From Myxococcales bacterium UBA1238 (lineage in GTDB: Bacteria > Myxococcota_A > Bradymonadia > UBA7976 > UBA1532), in assembly GCA_002309015.1 (NCBI GenBank), contig DBWM01000012.1:16638-80637 (forward strand): a stretch of 64,000 bases of DNA. Direction: 5' to 3'. This document shows positions 1 to 11,282 of the stretch, piece by piece. How positions within the stretch are numbered: the first letter of the stretch is position 1; each line of letters opens with the position of its first letter. Both the position numbers and the translations under genes were made by a program. A model generated the notes under the pieces. It saw only the letters and a list, made by a program, of their open reading frames with translations, was not told where the DNA came from and did no database searches.

Positions 1-187
1 AACTCTCCATTAGTGGGGTAAAAATTTGGCGCAACCTGCGCTTACCAAAAGCCGTCAAATCCTCTTCGAGCATTTCCAAGAAAACGGCGTGGATGCTATA
101 CACCGACCCCAAACGGTGATCCACCCTTTTCTGCTACGGGAAGGATTTTTCACAAAAAAACGCCGCCCACTATACACGAAAACGAAA

Positions 188-433
188 CTAAAAGGGAGTT
201 TTTTTCACACTCGCTTTGATTAAATCAATAAGATTTTTTTGGGGCATCAACTCCTGAAAGCGCAGCTCAGAGCGCATAATTACGTAATAAACCTCAGGTT
301 TTTGGAGCTGACCTTCCACTTTTTGCGTCTCGAGCTCGATCACCTTGCCCTTGGGGCGAGCCTCCGCATTCCAGGGCCAGCAAAGCATCAAAACCGCGCA
401 TAACCGTATAAAACTGTTCACCTTTTTCATCAT
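188..433 (-). CDS. small secreted protein in the GltF position of module A
   Basis: 81 aa from ATG 433, with AGGA about 8 nt upstream. The longer ORF to 574 would overlap the upstream TPR gene. Signal-like N-terminus MMKKVNSFIRLCAVLMLCWPWNAEA. The C-terminal QKNLIDLIKAS resembles RENFTPEMLKSA of the 45103..45378 protein. Lies 25 nt after the TPR lipoprotein gene. Confidence 0.55.
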   Translation of the reverse strand: MMKKVNSFIRLCAVLMLCWPWNAEARPKGKVIELETQKVEGQLQKPEVYYVIMRSELRFQELMPQKNLIDLIKASVKKTPF

Positions 434-458
434 TACGCAGTCCTTTCCCGAGCGATGT

Positions 459-2009
459 TCACGGCGTTTCTTCAGGCACCGACAGCAAATCCACATCTTC
501 GAACGGATCGAAATGCTCTCCTTCCGCAGGCACCGCGTCAACGCCAGATGGTGCATCGGAAGGCTTTTCCTCATCCTGTGCGCCTGCTGAAATCGGGATC
601 AAATCATCAAAATTGAGCTCATCCATTTCAGGCGCCTCGTTTGAGTTCTTCCCCGGATTTCCGGCCTCAGGCTTCAGCGGTCCTTCAGCCGACTCCCCTT
701 CACTCAGGGTTTTTCCTTCGGGATTTTCGGTCAAAGGCTGCGAAACAGAATCTGAATTTTCTGTTTCACCCTGTTCCTCCGAACGCTCAGCGGGCACCAA
801 ATTCTCAGGCTTCTTGGGCTGATTCTTGAGCTGCTCTGCCTTTTTTTCCGCCGCCACCAGTTTTTTTTGAGCCCCTGCAAGGTATTTTTCAACCTGAGGA
901 GGCGCATTTTGGGTTTCCGACAGATAATGGTTAAACCCTTCGATGGCCAGTTTTAAACGTTCCACGTCGCTTAAATGAGGCAGCTGCGCATCCAGATAAA
1001 GCACCGCCAGGTTGTAATCCGCCTCAGCGCCCAAAGCAGAACCGAGCGATTTTGCATGTAAAAATGCTTCTTCCGACTCCTTATACTTCCCTTGAGCTTT
1101 TAGGCAATTTCCCAAATTCACCCAGGCTTCAAACAAGGTTGGCCAACGCGCCAATGCTTCTCTGAAACGAACCTCGGCATCCGTATCATCACCCAATTTG
1201 TGATATAACAGCCCAAGTTCATTCAGGATTTCAGGCTGAGCCCCCAGCGGAAACGCGACGGCCTGCTCAAACATCGCGAGCGCCGTCGATTCTTTGCCCA
1301 ACTCCAGCTCTGCCAATCCTTTTCTTCCCAAGGCTTCAGGATTCTCACTATCCAGCGCGAGCACATCTTCAGCAGCCTGCCGGCTCATCTCAAACTTGCC
1401 CTGTTCATAAAACGCGGCCGACAAATTCAAATGCGCGCCCAGATTGCGCTCATCTTTTCGCAGAATTTGCTTGCTGTCGCCCACCACCTCAGCCGCATGG
1501 CCAGATTCATATAAAAGCACCGCATTGCGCGCATTGCGCAAATCGAGATCCTCCGGATCCTGCGCCAGGCAAGACTCCGCAAAACGCCGCGCTGCCTCAA
1601 ATCCCTCCTGGCGCATGATCAAAGAGGCGTTGGCCATCACCGCAGGTCCAAAATCCGGCCGCACCGACAAAGCCGCTTCATAGGACTTCCGCGCAGCCTC
1701 CCAATGCCCCGCCTGCTCCTCTAAAAGCCCCAAATTATAATGCGATTCCGACAAGCGCGATTCCATTTCCAGCGATTCGCGAAAATGAGCGGCCGCCGAA
1801 TCGAGAGCCCCCTTTTGAACCTCGTCGAGCCCCTGCGCGAGCAAGGCCACCGCCTGCTGATTCAGCGGCCCGCCCTCCAGCGTTTTCGCTTCCATCACGG
1901 GAATCGGCGTCAATTCATCTTCCGCAACCGGCTCAAAGAGCAAGTTTTCCTGCTGCGCGCCGCACCCCCAAAAAGCCATCCACAAAATCGACCAGGCCCA
2001 GATCTTCAT
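459..2009 (-). CDS. TPR-repeat lipoprotein with acidic disordered tail (GltE/AglT-like, module A)
   Basis: 516-aa ORF. Lipobox-like MKIWAWSILWMAFWGC. Repeated TPR-type helices (AxxxYxxAL, NLG patterns). Long Glu/Pro/Ser-rich C-terminus. Its ATG overlaps the upstream stop as ATGA (2006..2009). Confidence 0.85.
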   Translation of the reverse strand: MKIWAWSILWMAFWGCGAQQENLLFEPVAEDELTPIPVMEAKTLEGGPLNQQAVALLAQGLDEVQKGALDSAAAHFRESLEMESRLSESHYNLGLLEEQAGHWEAARKSYEAALSVRPDFGPAVMANASLIMRQEGFEAARRFAESCLAQDPEDLDLRNARNAVLLYESGHAAEVVGDSKQILRKDERNLGAHLNLSAAFYEQGKFEMSRQAAEDVLALDSENPEALGRKGLAELELGKESTALAMFEQAVAFPLGAQPEILNELGLLYHKLGDDTDAEVRFREALARWPTLFEAWVNLGNCLKAQGKYKESEEAFLHAKSLGSALGAEADYNLAVLYLDAQLPHLSDVERLKLAIEGFNHYLSETQNAPPQVEKYLAGAQKKLVAAEKKAEQLKNQPKKPENLVPAERSEEQGETENSDSVSQPLTENPEGKTLSEGESAEGPLKPEAGNPGKNSNEAPEMDELNFDDLIPISAGAQDEEKPSDAPSGVDAVPAEGEHFDPFEDVDLLSVPEETP

Positions 2010-5000
2010 GGCGTCCCTCCTTGCTCCGAAGGCGCCGGACGCCCATCGGCAGAGGCCTCTTGCTCAGCAGAATCTCCTTTGTTTTTGGCCGGTTGCAGCT
2101 CAGCATCCGGCGATGCAGATTCCGACGCCGGCGTTGTTGATTCAGGCCCTTCCGCTGCAGATTGAGCCTCTTCAGCTGCAGAATCCTCTGCATCGGCTCC
2201 ATCGTCCTGGTTCAGAGAAGGCTTTATAAAATAAGCGCCGGCCAGCAAACGCTTGGTCGCAAGCGAATGCTCCTCTACAAACACGGGATAAGTTTTTGAA
2301 TCATATTTATTAAGCGCTTCAAGACTGCGCTTCGTCCATTCGTCCCGAATCCTGGCTTTGCTCGCCAGCTGGAGCACCTCGCGATAATGCTTTTGAGCCT
2401 CATCTTCGAGCGGGATGGCCACTTCTTCCAGCTGGCTGCGATACATATCCTCCATCTCTTCCGTAAAGCTTGAAGGGATTTCGGCCTCAAAGAGCGCTTC
2501 CGCAAAATACTGATATAAATATCCTTCCCTGTAACCCGCCGCCAGACTCCAGTGAGGACTCAAATAACGCTGTACATCGTGATAGCGCCGAATCAACTCC
2601 GGCATCTGTTTTTGCATCTTTTGCAGCGTGCGCCCCTGATTATCCACAGATCCTGAGAGTTTTGTGCGCGTAAAGGCTTCAAAATCCTTTTCGATTTGAT
2701 CAAAAAGAGCTTCCGCAGCATAAGCCGCAGAGGGTGATCCCAATGGCAAGCCTCGCCGCTGAAATTCATCCAGCAGAAGCTGACGCGTTTGGGCAGCCGC
2801 ACTGAGTCGCTTTGCCTGACGCTGCAATTTCACCGTTCGGGCCAAAACCTCGATATAAAGCGCATTGGGCTCCCGCGCCTGACTGTTCACCGACTGCACC
2901 GTGTTCTTTTTATATCGCTTTAAGAACGTCTCACAAATCCGCAATTCATTAGATAAATCATTTACTTTTCGGTAAACATCTGCACTTCGATAAAATGTTT
3001 CTGCAGTATCCGACCGGGATGGAAAAAGCTCCGCATAGCGCTCGTAATTTGCCGCGGCTCTTCCATATTCCTGATTATATTCAAGATCTTCCGCAGCCCG
3101 ATACAGCGCATCTGCCCTCAGCTGCGAATCCTTGTATTTGTCGACCAGGCTCAGGAAGCTTTTGACCGCCAAATCATAATCATAAAATCGTTCTGCATTG
3201 ACCCCCAGCCGAAACAGCGCTTCCGGCGCCCTCGCGCTGTCGGGATGTTCCGTAAACACGCGCCTGAACATACGGGCGGCCGACTCAAACCGGCGCGTCT
3301 GCTCGTACGCCACGCCCGCATTAAACAGCGCGCGATCCGCATATTTGGTCCCCGGATCCTCCTCCAGGAGCCGCAAATATTCGGCCGCAGCCTCCTCATA
3401 TTTCTCTTCTTTAAAGAGCTTTGAAGCCAGCTTAAAAATCGCGCCCACCTTCAAACCGGCTATCTCGGCCTTAAACTGCTCATCTCCGATGCCCATCTCG
3501 TCCAGCAGGCCGCTCCATTTGCTCATGCCCTCCCAATCCTGGACCAGCCGATAAGTCTCAAAGCCTTCGTTGGCTGCAATGCTCGCCAGCTCATCCGAAG
3601 GCGCTTCGCGAATCATGCGCTCAAACCATTGCCGGGCTTCCGCAAAGTGATGATATGAGAGATACACTTCACCGATTTTAAACATCACAAATACGCGCCT
3701 GCGAGGATCATCGGCGCTGTTCATCTGCGCATCCACATACGCCTGGCGATCGCTCTGAAGTTCTTGCACCAGAACGGGAATCGGTTCTTCAGGTATCTCG
3801 ATGCGCCGCTCTTCACCCTGCCCTTCTTCACCCTCTTCCGACGAAGCGACCTTGACTTCAGGTGCGACCCATGGCTGATCAAAAAAGGTCGGCTTCGAAG
3901 CGAGTAAACCTTTTTGAATCTGTTCCCGAATCAGATTTTCGCGCGCCAGTATCAACGAATACGCGGCATTTTCCCTATATTCATCATGAGTTGCATCATC
4001 TCGTACCAGGGTATACTGCTCTATCGCATCTTCAAAATGGAATGAGTAATAGAGCGTGTCCGCATAGTAAAACCGAAAGTCATAAGCCTGCTTGGCCTGA
4101 GGATAAAACGTTAAAAAATTCTTATAGCTCCGGGCTGCTCTCTCAAAGGCTGCAATGGTCTCTTCCTCTGTCATTTGAGATCGCATGCTCTGTGCCCTCA
4201 GGTGAAGGTAGTTTGCTGCTTCCGCCAAAGCATCTTCCAGTCGATGTTTTGTGCGTGAAATCAAGGCCTTATCACCCGCATTGGCCTTATACCAAGCGCT
4301 GTTTTCGCCATAGAGATCATACAGCCTTTCTTTTTCCTGAATCACATCATCCGTGCGTTGCAAACGGCCATACGCTTCAAACAGTTTAAAGTGAATCTCC
4401 GGATGCCGCGGATGTGTGGGAAAAAGAGCCTGTACATAGCGGATCACATCTATCGATTGCTCATATTTTCCAGTGCTTAACAACACATCAATGAGTCTGA
4501 ATAAGACATCTGTTTCATAGGCATGGCCTGTGTTGATGTATTGTTTTACGCGAGGCAATCCCGCATCCGCATCGGGCAGACCGTCCCCATCCCAATCCTC
4601 CTCCTGAACAGCGATCGCCAGATATTGAATCGCTTCATCGCGCGTTTGCAGGTCCTTACCCGATTTTTCGAGTTCCTCACCATATTGCAGCAAATGATGG
4701 AACCCAGCGATCGCATCGGGATAGCGATCGAGCAAATAATAAGTCCAGGCCAGTTTATAGAGAGCGCTCGAATAGACCGCGCTGTCCTGATATTCGCAGG
4801 CATGCTCGTAGGCAGTCGCAGCTTCCTTGAACTTATTCTCCGCAAAATAATACTCACCGAGTCGCATCCAGGATTCCGAAATATAAGGACTTTCCGGATA
4901 TTTTTCGATGAGGCGGGCAAAGCGGTCTTTCGCTTCCTGTTCGCGCTGCATGATCAGCAGGCAATAGCCGCTCAAATAATAAGCACCATCGTTTTGAGCA

Positions 5001-5560
5001 TATTGGGGCCATTGCCGGATCAAGCGATCAAAGGTCTCAATGGTTTGAGAATAATCCTTAACAATTTCATCGGGTTCTTCATCTTCAGATGCGTTTTCAA
5101 GCATCTTTTCCTGCTGCTCTTTGGCCAGGTTATAGTTGTCTTCAGTTCTGTCGAAATACAGATCAGCCAGGCGAAAGAGCGCATCGGGTGTATAAACATC
5201 TCTATCGGGATAACGCTCAATAAACGCTTCGAAAATTTGAATGGTCTTTTCGCGCTGAACGCGTAACTCGGCTTCCCACAAACGAAATCGTTCTTCTTCC
5301 TTGGCTGCCAGTGTGCGCTGTTTTCTTTGAAAACTGTAATAAACGGTTCGGTTTAACGCCTGTTTAAAATCTGACGTCTCCTGGCGATAGAGCTCCAGTT
5401 CAGCGTTCAAATTCTTCCAGATTTCAGCGGAATGCTTATCAGGAGAGGAATGAGATGCTTCCTCTGCAACCACCGGAGGCGGTTCATCCCCCTCAGCCCA
5501 GGCCTGAGCGAGCGTTTGCCATATCAAGCATAACCCTGCGACTGCAAAGATTTTTTTCAA
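2006..5560 (-). CDS. very large secreted TPR protein (GltD/AgmU-like, module A)
   Basis: 1184-aa ORF. Signal peptide MKKIFAVAGLCLIWQTLAQAWA. TPR-like repeats throughout and an acidic low-complexity tail. TTG start overlaps the upstream stop (TTGA at 5557..5560). Confidence 0.85.
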   Translation of the reverse strand: MKKIFAVAGLCLIWQTLAQAWAEGDEPPPVVAEEASHSSPDKHSAEIWKNLNAELELYRQETSDFKQALNRTVYYSFQRKQRTLAAKEEERFRLWEAELRVQREKTIQIFEAFIERYPDRDVYTPDALFRLADLYFDRTEDNYNLAKEQQEKMLENASEDEEPDEIVKDYSQTIETFDRLIRQWPQYAQNDGAYYLSGYCLLIMQREQEAKDRFARLIEKYPESPYISESWMRLGEYYFAENKFKEAATAYEHACEYQDSAVYSSALYKLAWTYYLLDRYPDAIAGFHHLLQYGEELEKSGKDLQTRDEAIQYLAIAVQEEDWDGDGLPDADAGLPRVKQYINTGHAYETDVLFRLIDVLLSTGKYEQSIDVIRYVQALFPTHPRHPEIHFKLFEAYGRLQRTDDVIQEKERLYDLYGENSAWYKANAGDKALISRTKHRLEDALAEAANYLHLRAQSMRSQMTEEETIAAFERAARSYKNFLTFYPQAKQAYDFRFYYADTLYYSFHFEDAIEQYTLVRDDATHDEYRENAAYSLILARENLIREQIQKGLLASKPTFFDQPWVAPEVKVASSEEGEEGQGEERRIEIPEEPIPVLVQELQSDRQAYVDAQMNSADDPRRRVFVMFKIGEVYLSYHHFAEARQWFERMIREAPSDELASIAANEGFETYRLVQDWEGMSKWSGLLDEMGIGDEQFKAEIAGLKVGAIFKLASKLFKEEKYEEAAAEYLRLLEEDPGTKYADRALFNAGVAYEQTRRFESAARMFRRVFTEHPDSARAPEALFRLGVNAERFYDYDLAVKSFLSLVDKYKDSQLRADALYRAAEDLEYNQEYGRAAANYERYAELFPSRSDTAETFYRSADVYRKVNDLSNELRICETFLKRYKKNTVQSVNSQAREPNALYIEVLARTVKLQRQAKRLSAAAQTRQLLLDEFQRRGLPLGSPSAAYAAEALFDQIEKDFEAFTRTKLSGSVDNQGRTLQKMQKQMPELIRRYHDVQRYLSPHWSLAAGYREGYLYQYFAEALFEAEIPSSFTEEMEDMYRSQLEEVAIPLEDEAQKHYREVLQLASKARIRDEWTKRSLEALNKYDSKTYPVFVEEHSLATKRLLAGAYFIKPSLNQDDGADAEDSAAEEAQSAAEGPESTTPASESASPDAELQPAKNKGDSAEQEASADGRPAPSEQGGTP

Positions 5561-7785
5561 CGCAACTCCTCAAGCGACAAGGCATTATCGGGATCCTGAA
5601 CCCGCATCTGATCGTGAGCCGCACCGTTGCCCTGCAAAGTCTCTTTGCGTTTCCACGCCCCCCAAAGCAAAGTGTAACGCGCCTCCAGAGCAATGTTATC
5701 GAGCAACGCAATCGCATCATTAAAACTGCGATCCGCGCTTTTTGCTTCGAGAGCCAGGACGCGCTCCTGCAAAGCTTTGAGCGCCTTTTTGGAGCGCTCT
5801 GCCGTTTTCCGTTCGCGCGCGATTTCAAGCGCAATCCCGAGCATTCTTGACTCTGCGATCTCAGAAATCTGCTTTAAAATCGAGTAATTGCGCGCATCCA
5901 AGCGGTCAAGTCTGGCCAACCATTCGGGTGCAGGCGCTCCTTGCATCTGGCTCAGCAGGCGCAATTCTGCATTCAAAGCATCCTGATAACGCCGCAACAG
6001 TTTTTCATCCGAGACCGCCACAGAATCTTTCTCACCAAAACTCAGCCTCTGTTCTACAGATTCGGCGCGCAATGTCTTCACTCGCTCCAGCAATTGTTTT
6101 TGCTCCGCAGAGGCCGCTTTCAGTTCGGCCATCCATTGCGACAACGTCTCGCGCGCATTCCCTGTAGCTCCGCGAATGGTCTGCTCCAAAACCGTCAACT
6201 GAGCCTCTAACCCCGTGATTTCACGCTCAATTTCAAAAGCGCTGTCATCAATCTTATTGAGATTCGCTTCCAGCTGCTTTTCGCGCGAACGCCAGAGCTC
6301 AGCGGTTTCAGGGATTTGACTCAGACGGCCATTCAGCTTTTGCCGCTGCGCGATCAGTCGCTCCAACGCCTGAGAATGAAACTCTCTTTCCTGGTTTTCG
6401 ATGAGCATTCGACGCAGCTGCATCGAGCGGATCAACGCTTCCTGGGCATCGACAAAGCCAACGTACAAATCTTCAAAAAAGCGCACCCGGCTGGGGAGTT
6501 GCACCACGCGCTCCAGATGCGAAAGTGCATAATCGGTCCCCACCACTTCGCGCTGAATGACGCCCAATTCATCCTCAAGCTTTTGCAGGCGCTCAAAATC
6601 TTCGTCGGGCTGTATAAAATGGACCACCTGCTCTGGCCGAATGGGCAGGCGCCAGCGATCCGGGCTTTCGTTTTGCCAGGCCCGCTGCCGTTTTTCTTCC
6701 TCAAAAGCCTCAGTCATGCGCTGCAAATAGCCATCAAATTCCTCAGGCAGCGCGCTCATATAGGCTTCCGCCTGCTCCAGATCCGACCGCATAAACAACA
6801 GGCGACCGCGCATCACCCGCAACTCAGGATCGATGTGATCCAACTCCGCGCTGTTCATCCAAATATCGAGTCGAATCAAGGCCTTGGCATAATCGCCTTC
6901 ACGAATCGCGAGCCAGACATGCTCGTATTGCGTCTCATCAAAATGCAGCGAATCGTAGGGAATGGAAGCGTAGGCCTGAACGGATTCCTGAAACCGGTTT
7001 TGCTCATAATAGAGACGCCCCAGAGCGAGATATGCAAGATCCCGGATTTCTTGATCTTCTGGTTTTAAAGCGTCGACTTCCGCGCAATGCTGAAAGCGCT
7101 CCAGCGCCGCTTCCCAATGCTGCTCACAAAGCTCAATGACCCCTAAAAAATAGCGCGCTTTGGCAAAAGTCCTGTGCTCCACCGGAATGGTCGAAAACAG
7201 CGTTCTCGAAACGCCTAACTCCCCATGTTCATAGTAGAATTTGGCAACATCATAGAGCAGCTGAGGGTCCGTTTGGGGGTCAGATAAGAGTTGAGATGAG
7301 CGCTTTAAATGACCCCAGATCGCCTTTTCATCACCATTTTTTAACGAAAGCTCTAAAACGCGAGCTAAAGATTGTTTCTCGTATTCGCCACCCTGTTGCA
7401 GGGCTTTTTCAAAATATTTAAGTGCCGCACCGTAATTCGATACCTGGTAAAGAGATTCTGCCAAATAATATATAGCCTCACTATATCCCTGAAGATGATC
7501 CGCATCCGGTGCTTCCAACGGCCCCAGAAGCGCCATCGCAGCATGCTCATAATCACCTTTCATAAAGGCCAGCTGGCCTTCGGTCAGGCGCTTCACCCAT
7601 GCATTTTTTTGCGCAAAAACGGCGGGATCCAGGCAATGCCGCTCCACTTCCTGCAACAGTTTTTCGATGGCAACGATTTCGGTTTCAAAATGACGCTCCA
7701 CTGTCGAAGGCTCCCCGGCCCAACCCCCGGTCGAACTCAAAAAAAGCCCCCAAAACAGCAGGCAGCGCTCAAGCTTTTTGCTCAC
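5557..7785 (-). CDS. secreted TPR plus coiled-coil protein (GltC-like position, module A)
   Basis: 742-aa ORF. Signal-like MSKKLERCLLFWGLFLSSTGGWA. The TPR N-terminal half shares the motif AYASIPYDS...W...KAL with YYDSIPLDS...W...KAL of the 50002..51561 protein. The C-terminal half is heptad-rich. GTG start overlaps the upstream stop (GTGA at 7782..7785). Confidence 0.8.
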   Translation of the reverse strand: MSKKLERCLLFWGLFLSSTGGWAGEPSTVERHFETEIVAIEKLLQEVERHCLDPAVFAQKNAWVKRLTEGQLAFMKGDYEHAAMALLGPLEAPDADHLQGYSEAIYYLAESLYQVSNYGAALKYFEKALQQGGEYEKQSLARVLELSLKNGDEKAIWGHLKRSSQLLSDPQTDPQLLYDVAKFYYEHGELGVSRTLFSTIPVEHRTFAKARYFLGVIELCEQHWEAALERFQHCAEVDALKPEDQEIRDLAYLALGRLYYEQNRFQESVQAYASIPYDSLHFDETQYEHVWLAIREGDYAKALIRLDIWMNSAELDHIDPELRVMRGRLLFMRSDLEQAEAYMSALPEEFDGYLQRMTEAFEEEKRQRAWQNESPDRWRLPIRPEQVVHFIQPDEDFERLQKLEDELGVIQREVVGTDYALSHLERVVQLPSRVRFFEDLYVGFVDAQEALIRSMQLRRMLIENQEREFHSQALERLIAQRQKLNGRLSQIPETAELWRSREKQLEANLNKIDDSAFEIEREITGLEAQLTVLEQTIRGATGNARETLSQWMAELKAASAEQKQLLERVKTLRAESVEQRLSFGEKDSVAVSDEKLLRRYQDALNAELRLLSQMQGAPAPEWLARLDRLDARNYSILKQISEIAESRMLGIALEIARERKTAERSKKALKALQERVLALEAKSADRSFNDAIALLDNIALEARYTLLWGAWKRKETLQGNGAAHDQMRVQDPDNALSLEELR

Positions 7786-8444
7786 TCAGCGCCCCCCATT
7801 TCTTTCTGAAAGCTCTCAGCGCCAATGTATTTCAGCTCAAAACGCACTTTGGGGCGCTCTTTTAAATCTTTCATCAGGCCGCCCTGATCGAAGCCGATCG
7901 CCCGGATTTCCATATGGCGTCCATCTTCAACGCGAAAATCGTAGGAAGCGACCACGTTGAACACGTAATTCTTTAAATACGAAAACACACCAAAACCGCG
8001 CCCCCGATAAACCAGGCGCACCGAAAGGGTGTAATTTCCGGGCGAAAAATGCCCCATATAGCTTTGGATTTCGTCCTTCTCGCTCAAACGCCCGTCGCGA
8101 TCGTCCAGACTCCAAGGATCCATCTTGGTCAGCGTATGCGTCACGCTCTCGAGGCGAAACACAGCACCGATGTCGTTTACATGCACCACGCGAACATAGG
8201 CCCCCGCCAGATTCCCAGACAAAACCGTACTTTGCAGATAAGCCACGCGCGCTTTTGAACGAAAAACCTGCTCCTTTAAATCGTTGACCTGAGCTTCCAG
8301 CGCATCGATTTGAGCTTTATAAACATCTGGCTGCATGTCCGATTCAGAAACGCCATCGTGCTTTTCTTCCGAAGCCGGTTCTGCCCAAATTGCAAAAGTC
8401 CATAACCATGTAAAAATAAAGCAAAAAAAGCGCATAAACTTCAT
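7782..8444 (-). CDS. secreted coiled-coil plus beta-rich protein of unknown function, first gene of module A
   Basis: Internal ATG at 8444, preceded by GAGAGG, gives 220 aa starting MKFMRFFCFIFTWLWTFAIWA (signal peptide). It continues with the coiled coil YKAQIDALEAQVNDLKEQVFRSKARVAYLQ and then a beta-strand-like region. The 274-aa ORF-track start adds a non-signal leader. Confidence 0.7.
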   Translation of the reverse strand: MKFMRFFCFIFTWLWTFAIWAEPASEEKHDGVSESDMQPDVYKAQIDALEAQVNDLKEQVFRSKARVAYLQSTVLSGNLAGAYVRVVHVNDIGAVFRLESVTHTLTKMDPWSLDDRDGRLSEKDEIQSYMGHFSPGNYTLSVRLVYRGRGFGVFSYLKNYVFNVVASYDFRVEDGRHMEIRAIGFDQGGLMKDLKERPKVRFELKYIGAESFQKEMGGAE

Positions 8445-8459
8445 CCTCTCATTGTTGCA

Positions 8460-8488
8460 CATATAAGTTACAACAAAACGCGCAGCAA
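8460..8488 (-). promoter_or_regulatory. candidate sigma70-type promoter for module A
   Basis: Read on the minus strand: TTGCTG, 17-nt spacer, TATATG. Lies about 15-20 nt upstream of the ATG at 8444, in the 94-nt gap after obg. Confidence 0.25.
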
Positions 8489-8538
8489 AAACGAGCATAC
8501 GCAATTGAGGAGAAAATGGGGGAAGAAAAAGGAAGGAA

Positions 8539-9802
<1,264 letters not shown>

Positions 9803-9824
9803 GTTGTCCTCCGCTCACGCCCAA

Positions 9825-10136
9825 TCAGGCGTTAATCTTGGTGATACGGAGCTCGGTGTAAGCTTGCCGATGCCCCTGGGATTTATGGTACCCGGTGCGC
9901 TTGCGCTTCTTGAAGACAAGAATCTTCTGGGCCCGAGCTTGGCGCACAACGCGCGCCTCCACGGAGGCACCCGCGATCAGAGGGCTGCCAACACGAGCCT
10001 CTCCATCGCCACCCAGGAGCAGGACTTCGTCCAACTTCACAGAGTCGCCCGCCTTAACTTCGAGCTTTTCAACGCGAAGGGCATCTCCCTCCGCGACGCG
10101 GTACTGTTTACCGCCGGTCCTGATAATCGCGTACAT
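9825..10136 (-). CDS. rplU: 50S ribosomal protein L21
   Basis: MYAIIRTGGKQYRV... is a canonical L21 start at the internal ATG 10136; the ORF track extends 9 codons further. Confidence 0.95.
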   Translation of the reverse strand: MYAIIRTGGKQYRVAEGDALRVEKLEVKAGDSVKLDEVLLLGGDGEARVGSPLIAGASVEARVVRQARAQKILVFKKRKRTGYHKSQGHRQAYTELRITKINA

Positions 10137-10212
10137 GACGTGTCCTGCAGGTAAATGAGCCACAAATCTGGCTACTTGAGGGCGAAAACTTTACGTCAGC
10201 CCTCAAAAATTG

Positions 10213-11250
10213 TCAAACGCTTTGTGAATGCGCCTCGTTCTGAGACAGCAATTTCGCCAAAGAATCGGAATTTAAAGGCTTTAGAACGCCTCGTTCGGTG
10301 ATCAGTGCGGTCACCAGATCGACGGGCGTCACATCGAAAGAGGGGTTTTCAACGCCAACCCCTTCGGGCACAAGGCGACGATCGCCCATATGCGTCACTT
10401 CCAGCGAGGAACGCTGCTCGATCACAATTTGCGCGCCGCTCGGAGTGGAGAGATCGATGGTCGATGTGGGAGCGGCCACATAAAACGGGATACCGAAATG
10501 CCTGCACAGAACGGCAACACCTAACGTCCCGATTTTATTGGCAATATCTCCATTTGCAGCCACTCTGTCGGTTCCCACGATCACTGCATCGATGCGCCCC
10601 TGCGACATCAGGGAAGCGGCCATATTGTCGCAAATCACCTTAACCGGCACACCGTCGTGATGGAGTTCCCAGGCCGTCAGGCGCGCGCCCTGCAAGTAAG
10701 GTCGCGTCTCATCGGCGTAAACCATCGAAAGCCGGCCTTCTCGCCAGGCGCTTCGAATCACGCCGAGCGCCGTCCCGTAACCACCCGTCGCCAGGGCGCC
10801 CGCATTGCAATGGGTGAGCACGCGCGCCGCTTTGGGCAAAAGCTCCGCCCCAAAATCCCCCATCGCTTCGCACATCGCGCGATCTTCACGATGAATCGCC
10901 ATCGCTTCAGCGAGCAAGGCCTGGGGTACATCCGCAGCGGCCGTATCCTTCAGCTTCCGGGACATCCGATCGAGCGCCCAAAACAGATTGACGGCCGTAG
11001 GGCGCGTCCTGGCAAGCCCGGCAACTGCAGCTTCACAATCACAGCCATCCGCAGCCAGCACCATCCCATAAGCCGCAGCGATCCCGATCGCGGGCGCACC
11101 TCTCACCACCATATCCTGGATCGCCTGCGCGACATCCTGCCAGGTCTTGCAAACCATCCAGACTTCGCGTTCAGGCAACTGCCGTTGATCCAGCATATAC
11201 AAGGCGCGCGCCTGTGCATCCCACCTCAAAGGCTCGATTGAAGCGTTCAT
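10213..11250 (-). CDS. mtnA: S-methyl-5-thioribose-1-phosphate isomerase (eIF-2B alpha/beta/delta family)
   Basis: 345 aa. Family motifs [32 protein letters not shown] and [17 protein letters not shown]. Confidence 0.9.
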   Translation of the reverse strand: MNASIEPLRWDAQARALYMLDQRQLPEREVWMVCKTWQDVAQAIQDMVVRGAPAIGIAAAYGMVLAADGCDCEAAVAGLARTRPTAVNLFWALDRMSRKLKDTAAADVPQALLAEAMAIHREDRAMCEAMGDFGAELLPKAARVLTHCNAGALATGGYGTALGVIRSAWREGRLSMVYADETRPYLQGARLTAWELHHDGVPVKVICDNMAASLMSQGRIDAVIVGTDRVAANGDIANKIGTLGVAVLCRHFGIPFYVAAPTSTIDLSTPSGAQIVIEQRSSLEVTHMGDRRLVPEGVGVENPSFDVTPVDLVTALITERGVLKPLNSDSLAKLLSQNEAHSQSV

Positions 11251-11282
11251 TCCATTGTTCTCGATGCTTAAAAAACGAGGCG

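Noticed and set aside
1-187. ORF 26..223 (+), and a possible minus-strand gene start (ATG 73 or GTG 125) running off the left edge.
   Set aside because: The plus ORF overlaps the small secreted protein gene and has no features. The minus-strand fragment is too short (under 42 codons) to evaluate and does not resemble the FHA N-terminus expected by analogy with module B. It is left unannotated.
4523-5266. Long antisense ORFs inside large genes. Examples: 4523..5266 +, 6316..7068 +, 20339..20995 -, 26457..27296 -, 28373..28948 -, 29548..30399 -, 30535..31299 -, 47378..48490 +, 49289..50032 +, 49960..50874 +, 56493..57275 +, 58505..59209 - and 63113..63955 +.
   Set aside because: Each lies fully within, and antisense or out of frame to, an ORF with clear family motifs. 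Their translations are Arg/His/Leu/Gln-rich low-information sequences, typical of shadow ORFs in GC-rich DNA, and they have no RBS-supported starts.
10176-10206. 8-bp inverted repeat TTGAGGGC...GCCCTCAA between mtnA and rplU, considered as a terminator.
   Set aside because: On the minus (transcribed) strand the T-run precedes rather than follows the stem, so it is not a classical intrinsic terminator. It could be part of an rplU leader, but I cannot support that from sequence alone.
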